Source of the DNA: an uncultured Elusimicrobia bacterium
GTDB taxonomy: Bacteria; Elusimicrobiota; Elusimicrobia; UBA1565
DNA length: 38,085 nt
Direction of reading: 5' to 3'
Assembly: GCA_964455765.1 (NCBI GenBank)
Contig: CAYWAR010000001.1
Coordinates: forward strand, 1 to 38,085
Below are positions 8,363 to 16,023 of the stretch, in pieces. The position numbers and the translations under genes are program-made. The number at the start of each line of letters is the position of its first letter. The first letter of the stretch is position 1. The notes under the pieces were generated by a model. The model was not told where the DNA came from. It ran no database searches and worked only from the letters and a program-made list of their open reading frames with translations.

Positions 8363-9048
8363 CAGAACCGCCGGCCGATGAGTATCTCCTTGGCCAGCTG
8401 GCGCAGGAAGACCAGGCCGGTGGGGAAGGATTTGGCCGTGCTCTCCCCGCCCAGGCGCGGGTTCTCGCGCGTGGGGAGCTCGGCCACCGCGAGCCCCAGC
8501 TTCATGGCGCGGATGGAAAGCTGGTATTCGATGACGAAGCCCGCCGCGTCCGGGGACATGCGCCGGAAAGCCTCGCGGCGCACGCCGCGGTAGCCGTTGA
8601 TGGTGTCGGTGACGTAGTGGCCGCGGTTGAAGAGCAGGTTGGCGATCAGGGTGAAGGCGAGGTTGACCCATTTCCTGGGCCGGAAGCGATGCTCATCCTC
8701 CTCGTTGTAGGCGCCCTTCATCATGCGCGAAGCGATGGCCATGTCCGCGCCCTTCTCCAGCTCCGCGAAGAGCCGCGGGATGTCGGAGGGGTCCTCGTTG
8801 CCGTCGAGGCTGAAGAAGACGATGCAGTCCCCCTGGGCCTCGCTCACCCCTAGGCGGAAGGCCACTCCGCGGCCGCGCTCCGTCTGGACGAGGACGCGGA
8901 CGCCCTTGGACTTGAGGAACTCGATGGTGCCGTCCTTGGAGCCCCCGTCCACGGCGAAGACCTCCTGCGCGGCGGAGAGGGGGATGCTCTCGAAGACCTT
9001 GGGGGCGGCTTCGATCTCATTGAACGACAAGAGAACGAGGGTACGCAT
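8362..9048 (-). CDS. GT2-family glycosyltransferase (short, soluble Dpm1-like)
   Basis: 228 aa. Motifs are LLSFNEIE..., AVDGGSKDGT and FFSLDGNEDP (DxD-type). It sits within the minus-strand operon, 3 nt after the epimerase stop. Confidence 0.8.
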   Translation of the reverse strand: MRTLVLLSFNEIEAAPKVFESIPLSAAQEVFAVDGGSKDGTIEFLKSKGVRVLVQTERGRGVAFRLGVSEAQGDCIVFFSLDGNEDPSDIPRLFAELEKGADMAIASRMMKGAYNEEDEHRFRPRKWVNLAFTLIANLLFNRGHYVTDTINGYRGVRREAFRRMSPDAAGFVIEYQLSIRAMKLGLAVAELPTRENPRLGGESTAKSFPTGLVFLRQLAKEILIGRRF

Positions 9049-9051
9049 GTG

Positions 9052-10077
9052 TCAGCGCCCCCCCCGCGGGGGGGTGTTTCCTTCAGGGGGCCCGCGCCGT
9101 TTTGGGGAGCGGGCGGCGTACCACTCTATGGTGCGCTTTAGACCCTCGCGCAGGGGGACGCGCGCCTTGAAGCCGACCTTGGCCAGGGCCTTGGAGATGT
9201 CCGCGCTGCGGCGGGGATAGCCGGAGGGCTTCTCCGGTTCAAAGAGCAGGCGGGCCTTTGTCCCGGAGAGCTCCACGATGAGGCGGGCGAGCTCCGCCAC
9301 CGGGACTTCCTCATCGGAGCCCAGGTTCACCGGGTCGCACTCGGCGTAGCGCTCGGCGGTCTCGAGGATGCCCCGGGCGCAGTCCTCGACATAGAGGAAG
9401 GCCCGGGTCTGCTTGCCCTCGCCCCACACGCGCACGGGGTCCTCGCCGCCGACGGCCTTGCCGATGAGGGCCGCGATGACATGGGAGACTTCCGGGTCGA
9501 AGTGGTCCCGGGGGCCGTAAGCGTTGTAGGGCCGGGCGATGGCGACCTTGAGGCCGAATTCCTTGGCCGCGGCCATGGCCTCGAACTCGGCCATGCGCTT
9601 TGCCCAGCCGTAGCCCTCGTTGGTGGGCTCGGGCCGGCCGGAGAAGCCTTCGCTCTCCGGGGTGGGGACCGGGCACTCTCGGGAGTAGACGCAGGCGGAG
9701 CTCACGACCAGGAAGCGCTCGACTCCAGCCGCCTGCGCGGCCTCGAGCATGTTCGTCGAGATGCGGATGTTGTCGCGAAAGAGCGTGGCGGGGCGGGCCA
9801 TGTTGTAGGCGATGCCCCCTGTGCGGCCGGCGATGTTGAGGATGATGTCCTGGCCGCGGCAGGCCCGGGCGCAGTCCTCGGGGCGCCGCAAGTCGGCTTC
9901 TTCCAGGCGGATGCGGGACGCCACGGCCGCGAGATTCTCCGGGGAACGGCCCGAGAACCTGCCCGGAACGGTGACGCGGACGTCCGGGGCTTGGGAGAGG
10001 AGCAGTTCCACGGTGTGGCTGCCGATGAAGCCCGCCCCGCCGGTGACGAGGACCTTCTTCCCGGACCAGAAGCTCAT
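9052..10077 (-). CDS. NAD-dependent SDR epimerase/dehydratase
   Basis: 341 aa. It has the Rossmann motif VLVTGGAGFIGSH and the catalytic YGWAKRMAE (YxxxK). Its ATG overlaps the upstream stop (ATGA 10074-10077). The C-terminal tail is low-complexity and Pro/Gly/Arg-rich. Confidence 0.9.
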   Translation of the reverse strand: MSFWSGKKVLVTGGAGFIGSHTVELLLSQAPDVRVTVPGRFSGRSPENLAAVASRIRLEEADLRRPEDCARACRGQDIILNIAGRTGGIAYNMARPATLFRDNIRISTNMLEAAQAAGVERFLVVSSACVYSRECPVPTPESEGFSGRPEPTNEGYGWAKRMAEFEAMAAAKEFGLKVAIARPYNAYGPRDHFDPEVSHVIAALIGKAVGGEDPVRVWGEGKQTRAFLYVEDCARGILETAERYAECDPVNLGSDEEVPVAELARLIVELSGTKARLLFEPEKPSGYPRRSADISKALAKVGFKARVPLREGLKRTIEWYAARSPKRRGPPEGNTPPRGGR

Positions 10078-11330
10078 CGGAGCGCGCCCCGGAGCCTTTC
10101 CAGCGCGTATGCCGCGTATAGGAACATGAACGGCATGAGCGGGACCCGATAACGGACCACGGCCCAGAATATCATATAGGTCAAGGTCGCGGAACCGAGG
10201 ATGAGGTTATAGAGGTCGGTGTCCGGGACCCTGCGTCCGGCCAGGAGCAGGCCGACGAGCCCCAGGGGGATGATCCAGGCGTCGGAGGCGAGGAAGGCCA
10301 GGCGGATCCTGCCGTAATCTATCCCGTAATCCCGGGCATAGGGGTAGAGCCGCCAGAGCTTGAGGCCGCTGCGCGCCATGACGCCGAGAAAGCCCAAGGG
10401 ATGGCGCAGGACCCATTTCACGCTCTCGCGGTAGAACATGGCGTCCCGTTCGTCCTGGCGCATGGATTCCGCCTGCCTGAGCACGGGGTCGGCGGCCACA
10501 TAATCATGCTCCAGGGGAGTTCCCGCCGTCTCGTTGGGCACGATGAGGGCCACATAGAGGTGCTGGGCCCCCTGCGTGATCCCGGCCACGAATCGGCCGA
10601 AGACCAGCGCGTTGCGCAGGGGCCAGAGCGAGTAGACGGCCAGGAAGACGGCCAGGTAGAGCGCGCAGGCGCGATGAGGCCGCGCGTGGGCCGGGCTCTC
10701 GCCGGACCTGGGGAGCATCAGCCAAAGCGCCGCGGCGACGGCCAGTCCGGCGGGAAGGAAGGCGGAGTTGGTCAAGGCATGGAAAGCCCAGACGCCGCCC
10801 GCGAGGATGATGGCGCGCGGCGACGGCTTTTCGCAGGCCTTTAGGATGGCCCACGCTCCGAGCAGGCAGAGGAAGGCCTGGAGCGTCTCCCTGCGCGCCA
10901 TGGCGCCGTAATAGAGGAGCTGGGGGTTCATGGCGGCCAGGGCCGCGGCCGCCAGCCCCGTGAAGGCGGAAAAACTCCTCCTGCCAAGCAGGAAGATGAG
11001 CCACACCGAAGCCGTGCCCAGCAGGGCGTGCAGAAGGCAAAGAGCCCAATAGCGGGGCCCGAAGACCGAGTACAGGGCGGCGAGCAGCAAGGGGTAGCCC
11101 GGCTCCCGATGGGCGGTCAAGGCGCCTTGGGCGTCCTTGAGGCTCAGGCTCTCGCGCAGGGAGAGGGCGAGCTCATGGTAGTTGTCCTGGCCCTCGATGC
11201 CGCCTCCCGGGGCCGATTGAGGAAAAAGGAGGCAGAAGCCGAGCCGGGCGGCGAGAGCCGCGGCAAGAAGCAGGATTAGCAGGAGCGGCAGCGGCGCCCG
11301 GGCGGCGCCGGGCGCCGCTGCGGTCGTCAA
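10074..11330 (-). CDS. GT-C fold (ArnT/PMT, GT39/GT83-like) membrane glycosyltransferase
   Basis: Polytopic membrane protein of ~418 aa. An acidic first loop (GQDNYHELA) is followed by REPGYPLLLAALY. The proposed TTG start at 11330 overlaps the upstream GT2 stop (TTGA). There is no in-frame ATG near the first TM, so the start is uncertain. The track ORF extension to 12296 is out of context. Confidence 0.7.
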   Translation of the reverse strand: MTTAAAPGAARAPLPLLLILLLAAALAARLGFCLLFPQSAPGGGIEGQDNYHELALSLRESLSLKDAQGALTAHREPGYPLLLAALYSVFGPRYWALCLLHALLGTASVWLIFLLGRRSFSAFTGLAAAALAAMNPQLLYYGAMARRETLQAFLCLLGAWAILKACEKPSPRAIILAGGVWAFHALTNSAFLPAGLAVAAALWLMLPRSGESPAHARPHRACALYLAVFLAVYSLWPLRNALVFGRFVAGITQGAQHLYVALIVPNETAGTPLEHDYVAADPVLRQAESMRQDERDAMFYRESVKWVLRHPLGFLGVMARSGLKLWRLYPYARDYGIDYGRIRLAFLASDAWIIPLGLVGLLLAGRRVPDTDLYNLILGSATLTYMIFWAVVRYRVPLMPFMFLYAAYALERLRGALR

Positions 11331-12550
11331 GAGACTCCCCCGTCGCCGCGCCCCCGCCGGTGGCGTTCGCGTTCCCAGAGCAGGCGCGCGATGGCGTTGA
11401 CGGCGGAGAAGCCGAGCAGCTCCACGCCGATGAGCGTGAACATGGCGCCCACGACCGGGAAGACCCAGAACTCCTGGCCGGGGCTCAGCGGGATGCGTCC
11501 GCAGGCGAGCCAGCTCGCCAGCGGCCTGCGGTTGATCCACAAGGCCAAGGCGAGGCTGGTCAGGCCGAGAGCCGGGAAGCGCTTGAGCAAGGCCGCCCGG
11601 AGGCCGCCGGAGGCGAAGGGGTCCTCTCCACGATGGATGAGGTCGACGAGGTTCTGGGCGACGAGGCCCAGGCTGAGCAGGAAGACGGAGGAGCCCAGGA
11701 AGACGCTGACGAGGATGAGGCGGAATATCATCCAGTCCTCGATGCGCCCGTTGGCGAGATAGAAGGGCACGGGAGCGGAAGGTCCGCCCAGGGAAAGGAA
11801 CAGCGGCGGCAAGGCCGCGCCGGCGAGGCCGGAGGCGGCGCAGCCGAAAAAAGTGGAAGGGCGGTAGGTGGCCGCGGTCTGGAGTATGATGCCCAAGAAG
11901 CGGAACCCGTCCTTGAGCACGCTGAGCTTGGAGCGCCCGAGCCGCTCCTCGTAGGGCATGGGGATCTCGCCGATGCGCAGTCCCGGGTCCAGCACCGCGC
12001 GCACGCTCATGGCCGGGGTGAAGTTGAGCCCGTCGGGCAGGGGGTAGAGCCGCTCCAGGGCCGAGCGCTTGAGCAGGCGCATGCCGCTGGCCGTATCCGT
12101 GACCTCCCCCCCGCTCAGGAGGTTGAGCAGGGTCCGGAAGATGAGGTTGCCGAGCTTGCGCAGGGCGGGCATCTTGCTGGCGCCGTGCATCCTGGAGCCC
12201 AGGACCACGTCGTAGCCGCCCTCGAGGGCGAGGTCCAGGAGGCGGGCGAAGAACTCCGGGTCGCAGGTGCCGTCCGCGTCCAGGAAACCCAGCCACTCGC
12301 CCTTGGCCTCGGAGAACCCGGTCTTGATGGCGGCGCCGTAGCCGCGGTTGGTCCCGTGGGAGAGCACCCGCACCCCCTCGAAGGAGCGGGCGATCTGGGC
12401 CGTCCCATCCTGGGAGCCGTCGTCGACGAGGAGGACCTCGACCTCCATGCCGGAGGAAGCCCGCAGGGCCTTCGCCGCGGCTAGCGTGCGCGCGAGCGTG
12501 GAGGGGAGAGCTTCCTCCTCGTTGAGGGCCGGGATGACGATGGAGAGCAT
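11327..12550 (-). CDS. GT2 polyprenyl-phosphate-sugar synthase-like glycosyltransferase with C-terminal multi-TM domain
   Basis: 407 aa. Motifs are SIVIPALNEE, LVDDGSQDGT and FLDADGTCDP, followed by ~4 hydrophobic helices. It is the first gene of the nine-gene minus-strand operon. Confidence 0.85.
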   Translation of the reverse strand: MLSIVIPALNEEEALPSTLARTLAAAKALRASSGMEVEVLLVDDGSQDGTAQIARSFEGVRVLSHGTNRGYGAAIKTGFSEAKGEWLGFLDADGTCDPEFFARLLDLALEGGYDVVLGSRMHGASKMPALRKLGNLIFRTLLNLLSGGEVTDTASGMRLLKRSALERLYPLPDGLNFTPAMSVRAVLDPGLRIGEIPMPYEERLGRSKLSVLKDGFRFLGIILQTAATYRPSTFFGCAASGLAGAALPPLFLSLGGPSAPVPFYLANGRIEDWMIFRLILVSVFLGSSVFLLSLGLVAQNLVDLIHRGEDPFASGGLRAALLKRFPALGLTSLALALWINRRPLASWLACGRIPLSPGQEFWVFPVVGAMFTLIGVELLGFSAVNAIARLLWERERHRRGRGDGGVS

Positions 12551-12559
12551 GGCCCGAGT

Positions 12560-12565
12560 ATTGTA
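12560..12565 (-). promoter_or_regulatory. -10-like hexamer TACAAT, 9 nt upstream of ATG 12550
   Basis: The plus strand reads attgta at 12560-12565. It lies between the putative tpx terminator and the GT2 start. There is no SD in the gap. Confidence 0.45.
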
Positions 12566-12567
12566 GG

Positions 12568-12595
12568 AAAAAAGACGCCCCTGCTCCCCGAGGTC
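12568..12595 (-). terminator. Possible intrinsic terminator downstream of tpx
   Basis: The minus-strand RNA reads GACCUC-GGGGAGCAG-GGG(C)GUC followed by UUUUUU (plus-strand A6 at 12568-12573). The stem is imperfect, with one bulge and one G-U pair. Confidence 0.4.
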
Positions 12596-12611
12596 CTTCG
12601 GAGGCGGTTCC

Positions 12612-13121
12612 TTAGCCGGCGGCTTTGAGGGCTTTGAGCGCCGCGGCGTAGTCCGGTTCCTGGGTGATCTCGGCGACGAGCTCCTTGTAGGCCAGCTTGC
12701 CGTCCTTGTCCACGACGAAGACCGCGCGGCAGAGCAGGCCCGCGAGCGGACCCTCGTCGATGAGGATGCCGTAGGCCTTGGCGAACTTCCTGGCGCGGAA
12801 GTCGGAGGCCGTGCCCAGGCCCTTGATCCCTTCGGTGGAGCAGAATCGTTTCGCCGCGAAAGGCAGGTCCATGGAGATGACGAGGACCTCCGCTCCGGAG
12901 ATGGACGCGGCTTCGCTGTTGAAGCGGCGGGCCTCCGTGGCGCAGACGGAAGTGTCCAGGGAGGGCACCGCGATGAGGAGCTGGGCCTTGCCCGCCGCGC
13001 CTCCGACCTTCTTCGCCGAAAGGTCCTGGGCCGTGACCTCGACTTCCGGCGCCTTCTCCCCGACGCGCACCTCCGTTCCGCCCAGCTTGACCGGGGTCCC
13101 CTTGAAATTGACGCTCGTCAT
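12612..13121 (-). CDS. tpx: Thiol peroxidase (atypical 2-Cys peroxiredoxin Tpx)
   Basis: 169 aa from ATG 13121. It has the peroxidatic-Cys block VPSLDTSVCATE and the resolving-Cys block AKRFCSTEG. A canonical SD lies upstream. The 5' part of the track ORF up to 13757 is an artefact. Confidence 0.9.
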   Translation of the reverse strand: MTSVNFKGTPVKLGGTEVRVGEKAPEVEVTAQDLSAKKVGGAAGKAQLLIAVPSLDTSVCATEARRFNSEAASISGAEVLVISMDLPFAAKRFCSTEGIKGLGTASDFRARKFAKAYGILIDEGPLAGLLCRAVFVVDKDGKLAYKELVAEITQEPDYAAALKALKAAG

Positions 13122-13127
13122 GTTCGA

Positions 13128-13135
13128 TCCCTCCT
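13128..13135 (-). promoter_or_regulatory. Shine-Dalgarno AGGAGGGA for tpx
   Basis: The minus strand reads CCAGGAGGGATCGAAC-ATG, so the AGGAGG core ends 8 nt before the start. This is the only strong SD I saw at an operon-first gene. Confidence 0.7.
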
Positions 13136-13159
13136 GGATGCGGCTTATACGGATCCGGC

Positions 13160-14023
13160 TCAGGCCTTTTCCGCTACGGCGATGACGTAATCCACGCTCT
13201 CCCAGGCCGTGCGGCCCGCGGCCGCGGTCTTCCAGAAAGCGCGGATGACCGGGTCGAGGCGGGCCGTGAGTTCCGGCTCGTCGAGCCTGGCGCGGGCGTA
13301 CGCGACGAAACCGGGGAAGACCTGCTCGCGTATGGAACGCAGGCTCACGCGCGAGAAGCCCGCCCGCTTGAGCTTGCGCAGGTAGATCTTCCCGGTGTAC
13401 ATGTTCGCGGCCGGTATCTGCCAGAACGAACGGCCGAGGTAGTCGCCCAGGCGCACTTTCCACCCGCCCTTCCTCGAAAGCGGGAGGATGTCCGCGACGG
13501 CCAGCCGGCCGCCCGGGCGGAGCACCCGGTAGGCCTCCCGAAAGAAATCCTCGCGCGTGTCGTAGTGGAAGGCGGTCTCCAGGGCCGTCACCTTGTCGAA
13601 CGAAGACTCCGCGAAAGGCATCCGGGTGGCCGAGCCGTGGACCAGCTCGATGGTTCCCTGCAGGCCCGCCTGGGCCACGCGCAGCCGCGCGGCCTCGACC
13701 TGCGAGAGCGTGATGTTCAACCCGGTGATGCGCTTGGGGGAGAAAGCCTTGGCCCAATAGAGGTCCTGGTCGGCGAAGCCGAAGCCCACGTCGAGCACCT
13801 CATCGCCCGGGCCCATGCCCGCCGCCTCGGCGAGCGCTCCGGCCAGGGCTTGGCAGGCCTCGTCGTAGCTTTCCCCGCCTTTCCAGAGCCCGAGGTTGAG
13901 GTAGAGGCTTTTCTCGCCGATGGCGTTGTGCCGGCCGATGAGGTCGTAGATGTCGGAGGCCCGCGTCTTGTCGCGGCGCAGGAAGAGCTTGAGGAGTCCC
14001 GCCGCGGTCTTGAGAGCGCCCAT
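13160..14023 (-). CDS. Class I SAM-dependent methyltransferase
   Basis: The SAM motif is VLDVGFGFADQ, followed by LRPGGRLAVADI. I prefer ATG 14023 (MGALKTAAG...). The longer starts (14059, 14164) would overlap the divergent pduS start. Confidence 0.75.
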   Translation of the reverse strand: MGALKTAAGLLKLFLRRDKTRASDIYDLIGRHNAIGEKSLYLNLGLWKGGESYDEACQALAGALAEAAGMGPGDEVLDVGFGFADQDLYWAKAFSPKRITGLNITLSQVEAARLRVAQAGLQGTIELVHGSATRMPFAESSFDKVTALETAFHYDTREDFFREAYRVLRPGGRLAVADILPLSRKGGWKVRLGDYLGRSFWQIPAANMYTGKIYLRKLKRAGFSRVSLRSIREQVFPGFVAYARARLDEPELTARLDPVIRAFWKTAAAGRTAWESVDYVIAVAEKA

Positions 14024-14044
14024 GCCATACGATACAAAATGCGC

Positions 14045-14050
14045 TAGAAT
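14045..14050 (+). promoter_or_regulatory. -10-like hexamer TAGAAT, 7 nt upstream of pduS ATG 14058 (leaderless candidate)
   Basis: Read directly as gcgcTAGAATcggctccATG. It sits in a 34-bp divergent intergenic region. Confidence 0.45.
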
Positions 14051-14057
14051 CGGCTCC

Positions 14058-15398
14058 ATGGACTTGGCGGAGACCCTTCGTGAGGCGGGCGTGGTCGGCG
14101 CGGGCGGGGCGGGCTTCCCCGCCCATGTGAAAGCGGCCTCGAAGGCCGAGGTGGTCATCGCCAACGGAGCCGAGTGCGAACCCCTCCTCCAGAAGGATCA
14201 GGCCGTGCTCCGGCATTTCACCGGCGAGGTCCTCGACGGGCTCGAGCTCCTGCGCAAGGCCTGCGGCGCCGCGCGCGGCGTGCTGGCCGTCAAGGCGAAG
14301 CACAAGGAGCTGGTCGCTCACCTGGAGGGCCCGGTGCGCGAGCGCGGCCTGGAGCTCTTCAAGCTCGGCGATTTCTACCCCTCCGGGGACGAGTACTGCC
14401 TGGTCTACGACGTGACCGGCCGGCTCATCCCGTCCGCGGGCATCCCCATCCAGGTCGGGGTCGTGGTGCAGAACGTGGAGACGCTCTACAACGCGGCCCG
14501 AGCCGCGCGCGAGCCCGTCACCGACACCTTCGTCACCGTCGCCGGCGCGGTGCGCAGTCCCCGCACCCTGCGCCTTCCCGTGGGCACCTCCATGGAGGAG
14601 GCCTTGGCGCTGGCCGGCGGGGCCAAGGTCCCGGAGTACGCGGTCCTAGACGGCGGGGCCATGATGGGGAAGGTGGTCTCGGACCTCTCCCAGCCCCTGA
14701 CCAAGACCTCCTCGGGCTTCATCCTCCTGCCCAAGGGGCACGCCCTGCTCGGGCGCAAATCCGCCCCGCGGGAAGTCGACGACCGGGTGGGCAAGTCGGC
14801 CTGCGACCAGTGCTCCTTGTGCACCGAGCTCTGCCCGCGCTACCTGCTCGGCTACTCCATCCAGCCCCACCGGGTCATGCGCAGCCTGCTATTTAGCCCC
14901 GCCGACCGCAGGACGCATAGCGAGTGGGCCCTGCTCTGCTGCGAGTGCCAGCTTTGCACGCTCTACGCCTGCCCCGAGAACCTCGCTCCGGGAAAAATAT
15001 GCGTCTCGGCGAAATCGGATCTTGCCGCACAAAAGATCACCTGGAAGAACGCCCACATCAATCCCACGGCGGCGGCGCCTCGGGCTCCGGCGCCCAAGGC
15101 GCACTCGATGCGCGCCTTCCGGAAAGTGCCGGTGAGCCAGCTCATCGCCCGGCTGGGGCTCTCCGACTACGACGCCGAGGCCCCGTTCGTCCCCGGAGAC
15201 TACGCGCCCAAGCGCGTGCGCATCCCCCTCAAGCAGCATGCCGGGGCTCCGGCCTCTCCCGTGGTGCGGGAGGGCCAGGCGGTGCGCAGGGGAGAGCTCA
15301 TCGGGGACATCCCCGCGGGGCAGTTGGGCGCCCGGGTGCACGCGAGCATCGGGGGCAGAGTGACGGCCATCTCGGACCTCGTGGAGATCACGCAATGA
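14058..15398 (+). CDS. pduS: PduS-like RnfC-family flavo-iron-sulfur oxidoreductase
   Basis: 446 aa from MDLAETLREAGVVGAGGAGFPAHVK. It has NGAECEPLL, an SLBB-like middle region, two ferredoxin-type motifs (CDQCSLCTELCP and CCECQLCTLYACP) and a C-terminal barrel-sandwich domain (IPLKQHAGAPA...VHASIGGRV). It is co-linear with PduS as I recall it. Confidence 0.8.
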   Translation: MDLAETLREAGVVGAGGAGFPAHVKAASKAEVVIANGAECEPLLQKDQAVLRHFTGEVLDGLELLRKACGAARGVLAVKAKHKELVAHLEGPVRERGLELFKLGDFYPSGDEYCLVYDVTGRLIPSAGIPIQVGVVVQNVETLYNAARAAREPVTDTFVTVAGAVRSPRTLRLPVGTSMEEALALAGGAKVPEYAVLDGGAMMGKVVSDLSQPLTKTSSGFILLPKGHALLGRKSAPREVDDRVGKSACDQCSLCTELCPRYLLGYSIQPHRVMRSLLFSPADRRTHSEWALLCCECQLCTLYACPENLAPGKICVSAKSDLAAQKITWKNAHINPTAAAPRAPAPKAHSMRAFRKVPVSQLIARLGLSDYDAEAPFVPGDYAPKRVRIPLKQHAGAPASPVVREGQAVRRGELIGDIPAGQLGARVHASIGGRVTAISDLVEITQ

Positions 15399-15943
15399 AA
15401 AACGCAGTCGGAGGCGTGGAGCTCAGCAGCATGGCCAAGGGTTTCGAGGCCGTCGACGCCATGCTCAAGGCCGCGGCCGTGGAACTCATCCTGTCTCGGA
15501 CGATCTGCCCGGGGAAGTTCATCGTCCTCATCGCCGGCGAGGTGGGCGACGTGCAGGCCGCCGTCGAGGCCGGCTCCTCGCGCGCCCAGGAAGCCTTGGT
15601 CGACAAATTCGTCATCCCCAACGTCCATCCCGAGGTGTTCCCGGCCATCGCGGGGAACTCCGGGGTGAGCGAGCTCGGCGCCCTCGGCGTGGTGGAGACC
15701 TTTTCGGTGGCCTCCCTCATCGAGGCCGCGGACGCGGCGGTGAAATCGGCCAACGTGCGTCTCGTCGAGATCCGCCTGGCCATGGCCCTTGGCGGGAAGG
15801 CGTTCGCCAGCTTCACCGGCACGGTGGCCGACGTCGAGACCGCTGCCATGACCGCGGCCCTGACCGCCGGGGAGAAGGGCCTGCTTTCCAATAAGGTGGT
15901 CATCCCCCAGCCCCGCCCCGAACTGCTCAAAGAACTGCTCTAG
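15395..15943 (+). CDS. pduT: PduT-like tandem-BMC-domain (BMC-T) shell protein
   Basis: 182 aa. The ATG overlaps the pduS stop (ATGA). It has two BMC repeats (GGVELSSMAKGFEAVDAMLKAA... and LGVVETFSVASLIEAADAAVKSA...). Cys38 in TICPGKF (nt 15506-15508) corresponds to the PduT pore Fe-S ligand. Confidence 0.8.
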   Translation: MKNAVGGVELSSMAKGFEAVDAMLKAAAVELILSRTICPGKFIVLIAGEVGDVQAAVEAGSSRAQEALVDKFVIPNVHPEVFPAIAGNSGVSELGALGVVETFSVASLIEAADAAVKSANVRLVEIRLAMALGGKAFASFTGTVADVETAAMTAALTAGEKGLLSNKVVIPQPRPELLKELL

Positions 15944-15986
15944 CTTCCCCCCCTCCTGCCAGGGGAAAATGGCGGATCGGAGGGAA

Positions 15987-16015
15987 TTTACAAATATGCG
16001 ACTACATGATAAAAT
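15987..16015 (+). promoter_or_regulatory. Sigma70-like promoter TTTACA-17 nt-TAAAAT, 8 nt upstream of ATG 16024
   Basis: The -35 is at 15987-15992, the spacer is 17 nt, and the -10 is at 16010-16015. This implies the ATPase starts at ATG 16024 on a leaderless mRNA, not at 16006. Confidence 0.5.
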
Positions 16016-16023
16016 TACAAATC

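Noticed and set aside
9058-9074. C8-GC-G7 homopolymer palindrome at the end of the epimerase gene. Also a 7-nt G-run on the plus strand at 24480-24486 (a C7 tract in codons 6-9 of minus-strand wzx) and C8 at 19727-19734. I considered these as slipped-strand phase-variation tracts.
   Set aside because: A rough expectation with G or C frequency of about 0.34 each gives several to tens of runs of 7 or more in 38 kb by chance. The tracts are therefore not statistically remarkable. Without population data showing length variation, I do not claim phase variation.
11360-12484. 374-aa plus-strand ORF antisense to the GT2(TM) gene. Similar antisense ORFs lie at 7115..7999, 9481..10152, 17550..18080, 19711..20550, 20742..21395, 21599..22279, 22579..23580, 25452..26198 and 26225..27667.
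   Set aside because: All lie opposite or out of frame to genes with clear motifs and have biased low-complexity composition. There is no independent support for them.
13122-13131. GTTCGATCCC string resembling a tRNA T-arm
   Set aside because: There is no acceptor, D or anticodon stem around it. It is the 5' UTR/SD region of tpx on the opposite strand.
14024-14059. Alternative start MEPILAHF... (ATG at 14059) for the minus-strand methyltransferase
   Set aside because: It would overlap the pduS start codon head-to-head and leave no promoter space. I prefer ATG 14023, though the choice is not certain.
16006-16023. ATG 16006 (MIKLQI...) as the start of the AAA+ ATPase
   Set aside because: This ATG lies within the spacer/-10 of the TTTACA-17-TAAAAT promoter. 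ATG 16024 fits the leaderless spacing. The choice remains unverified.
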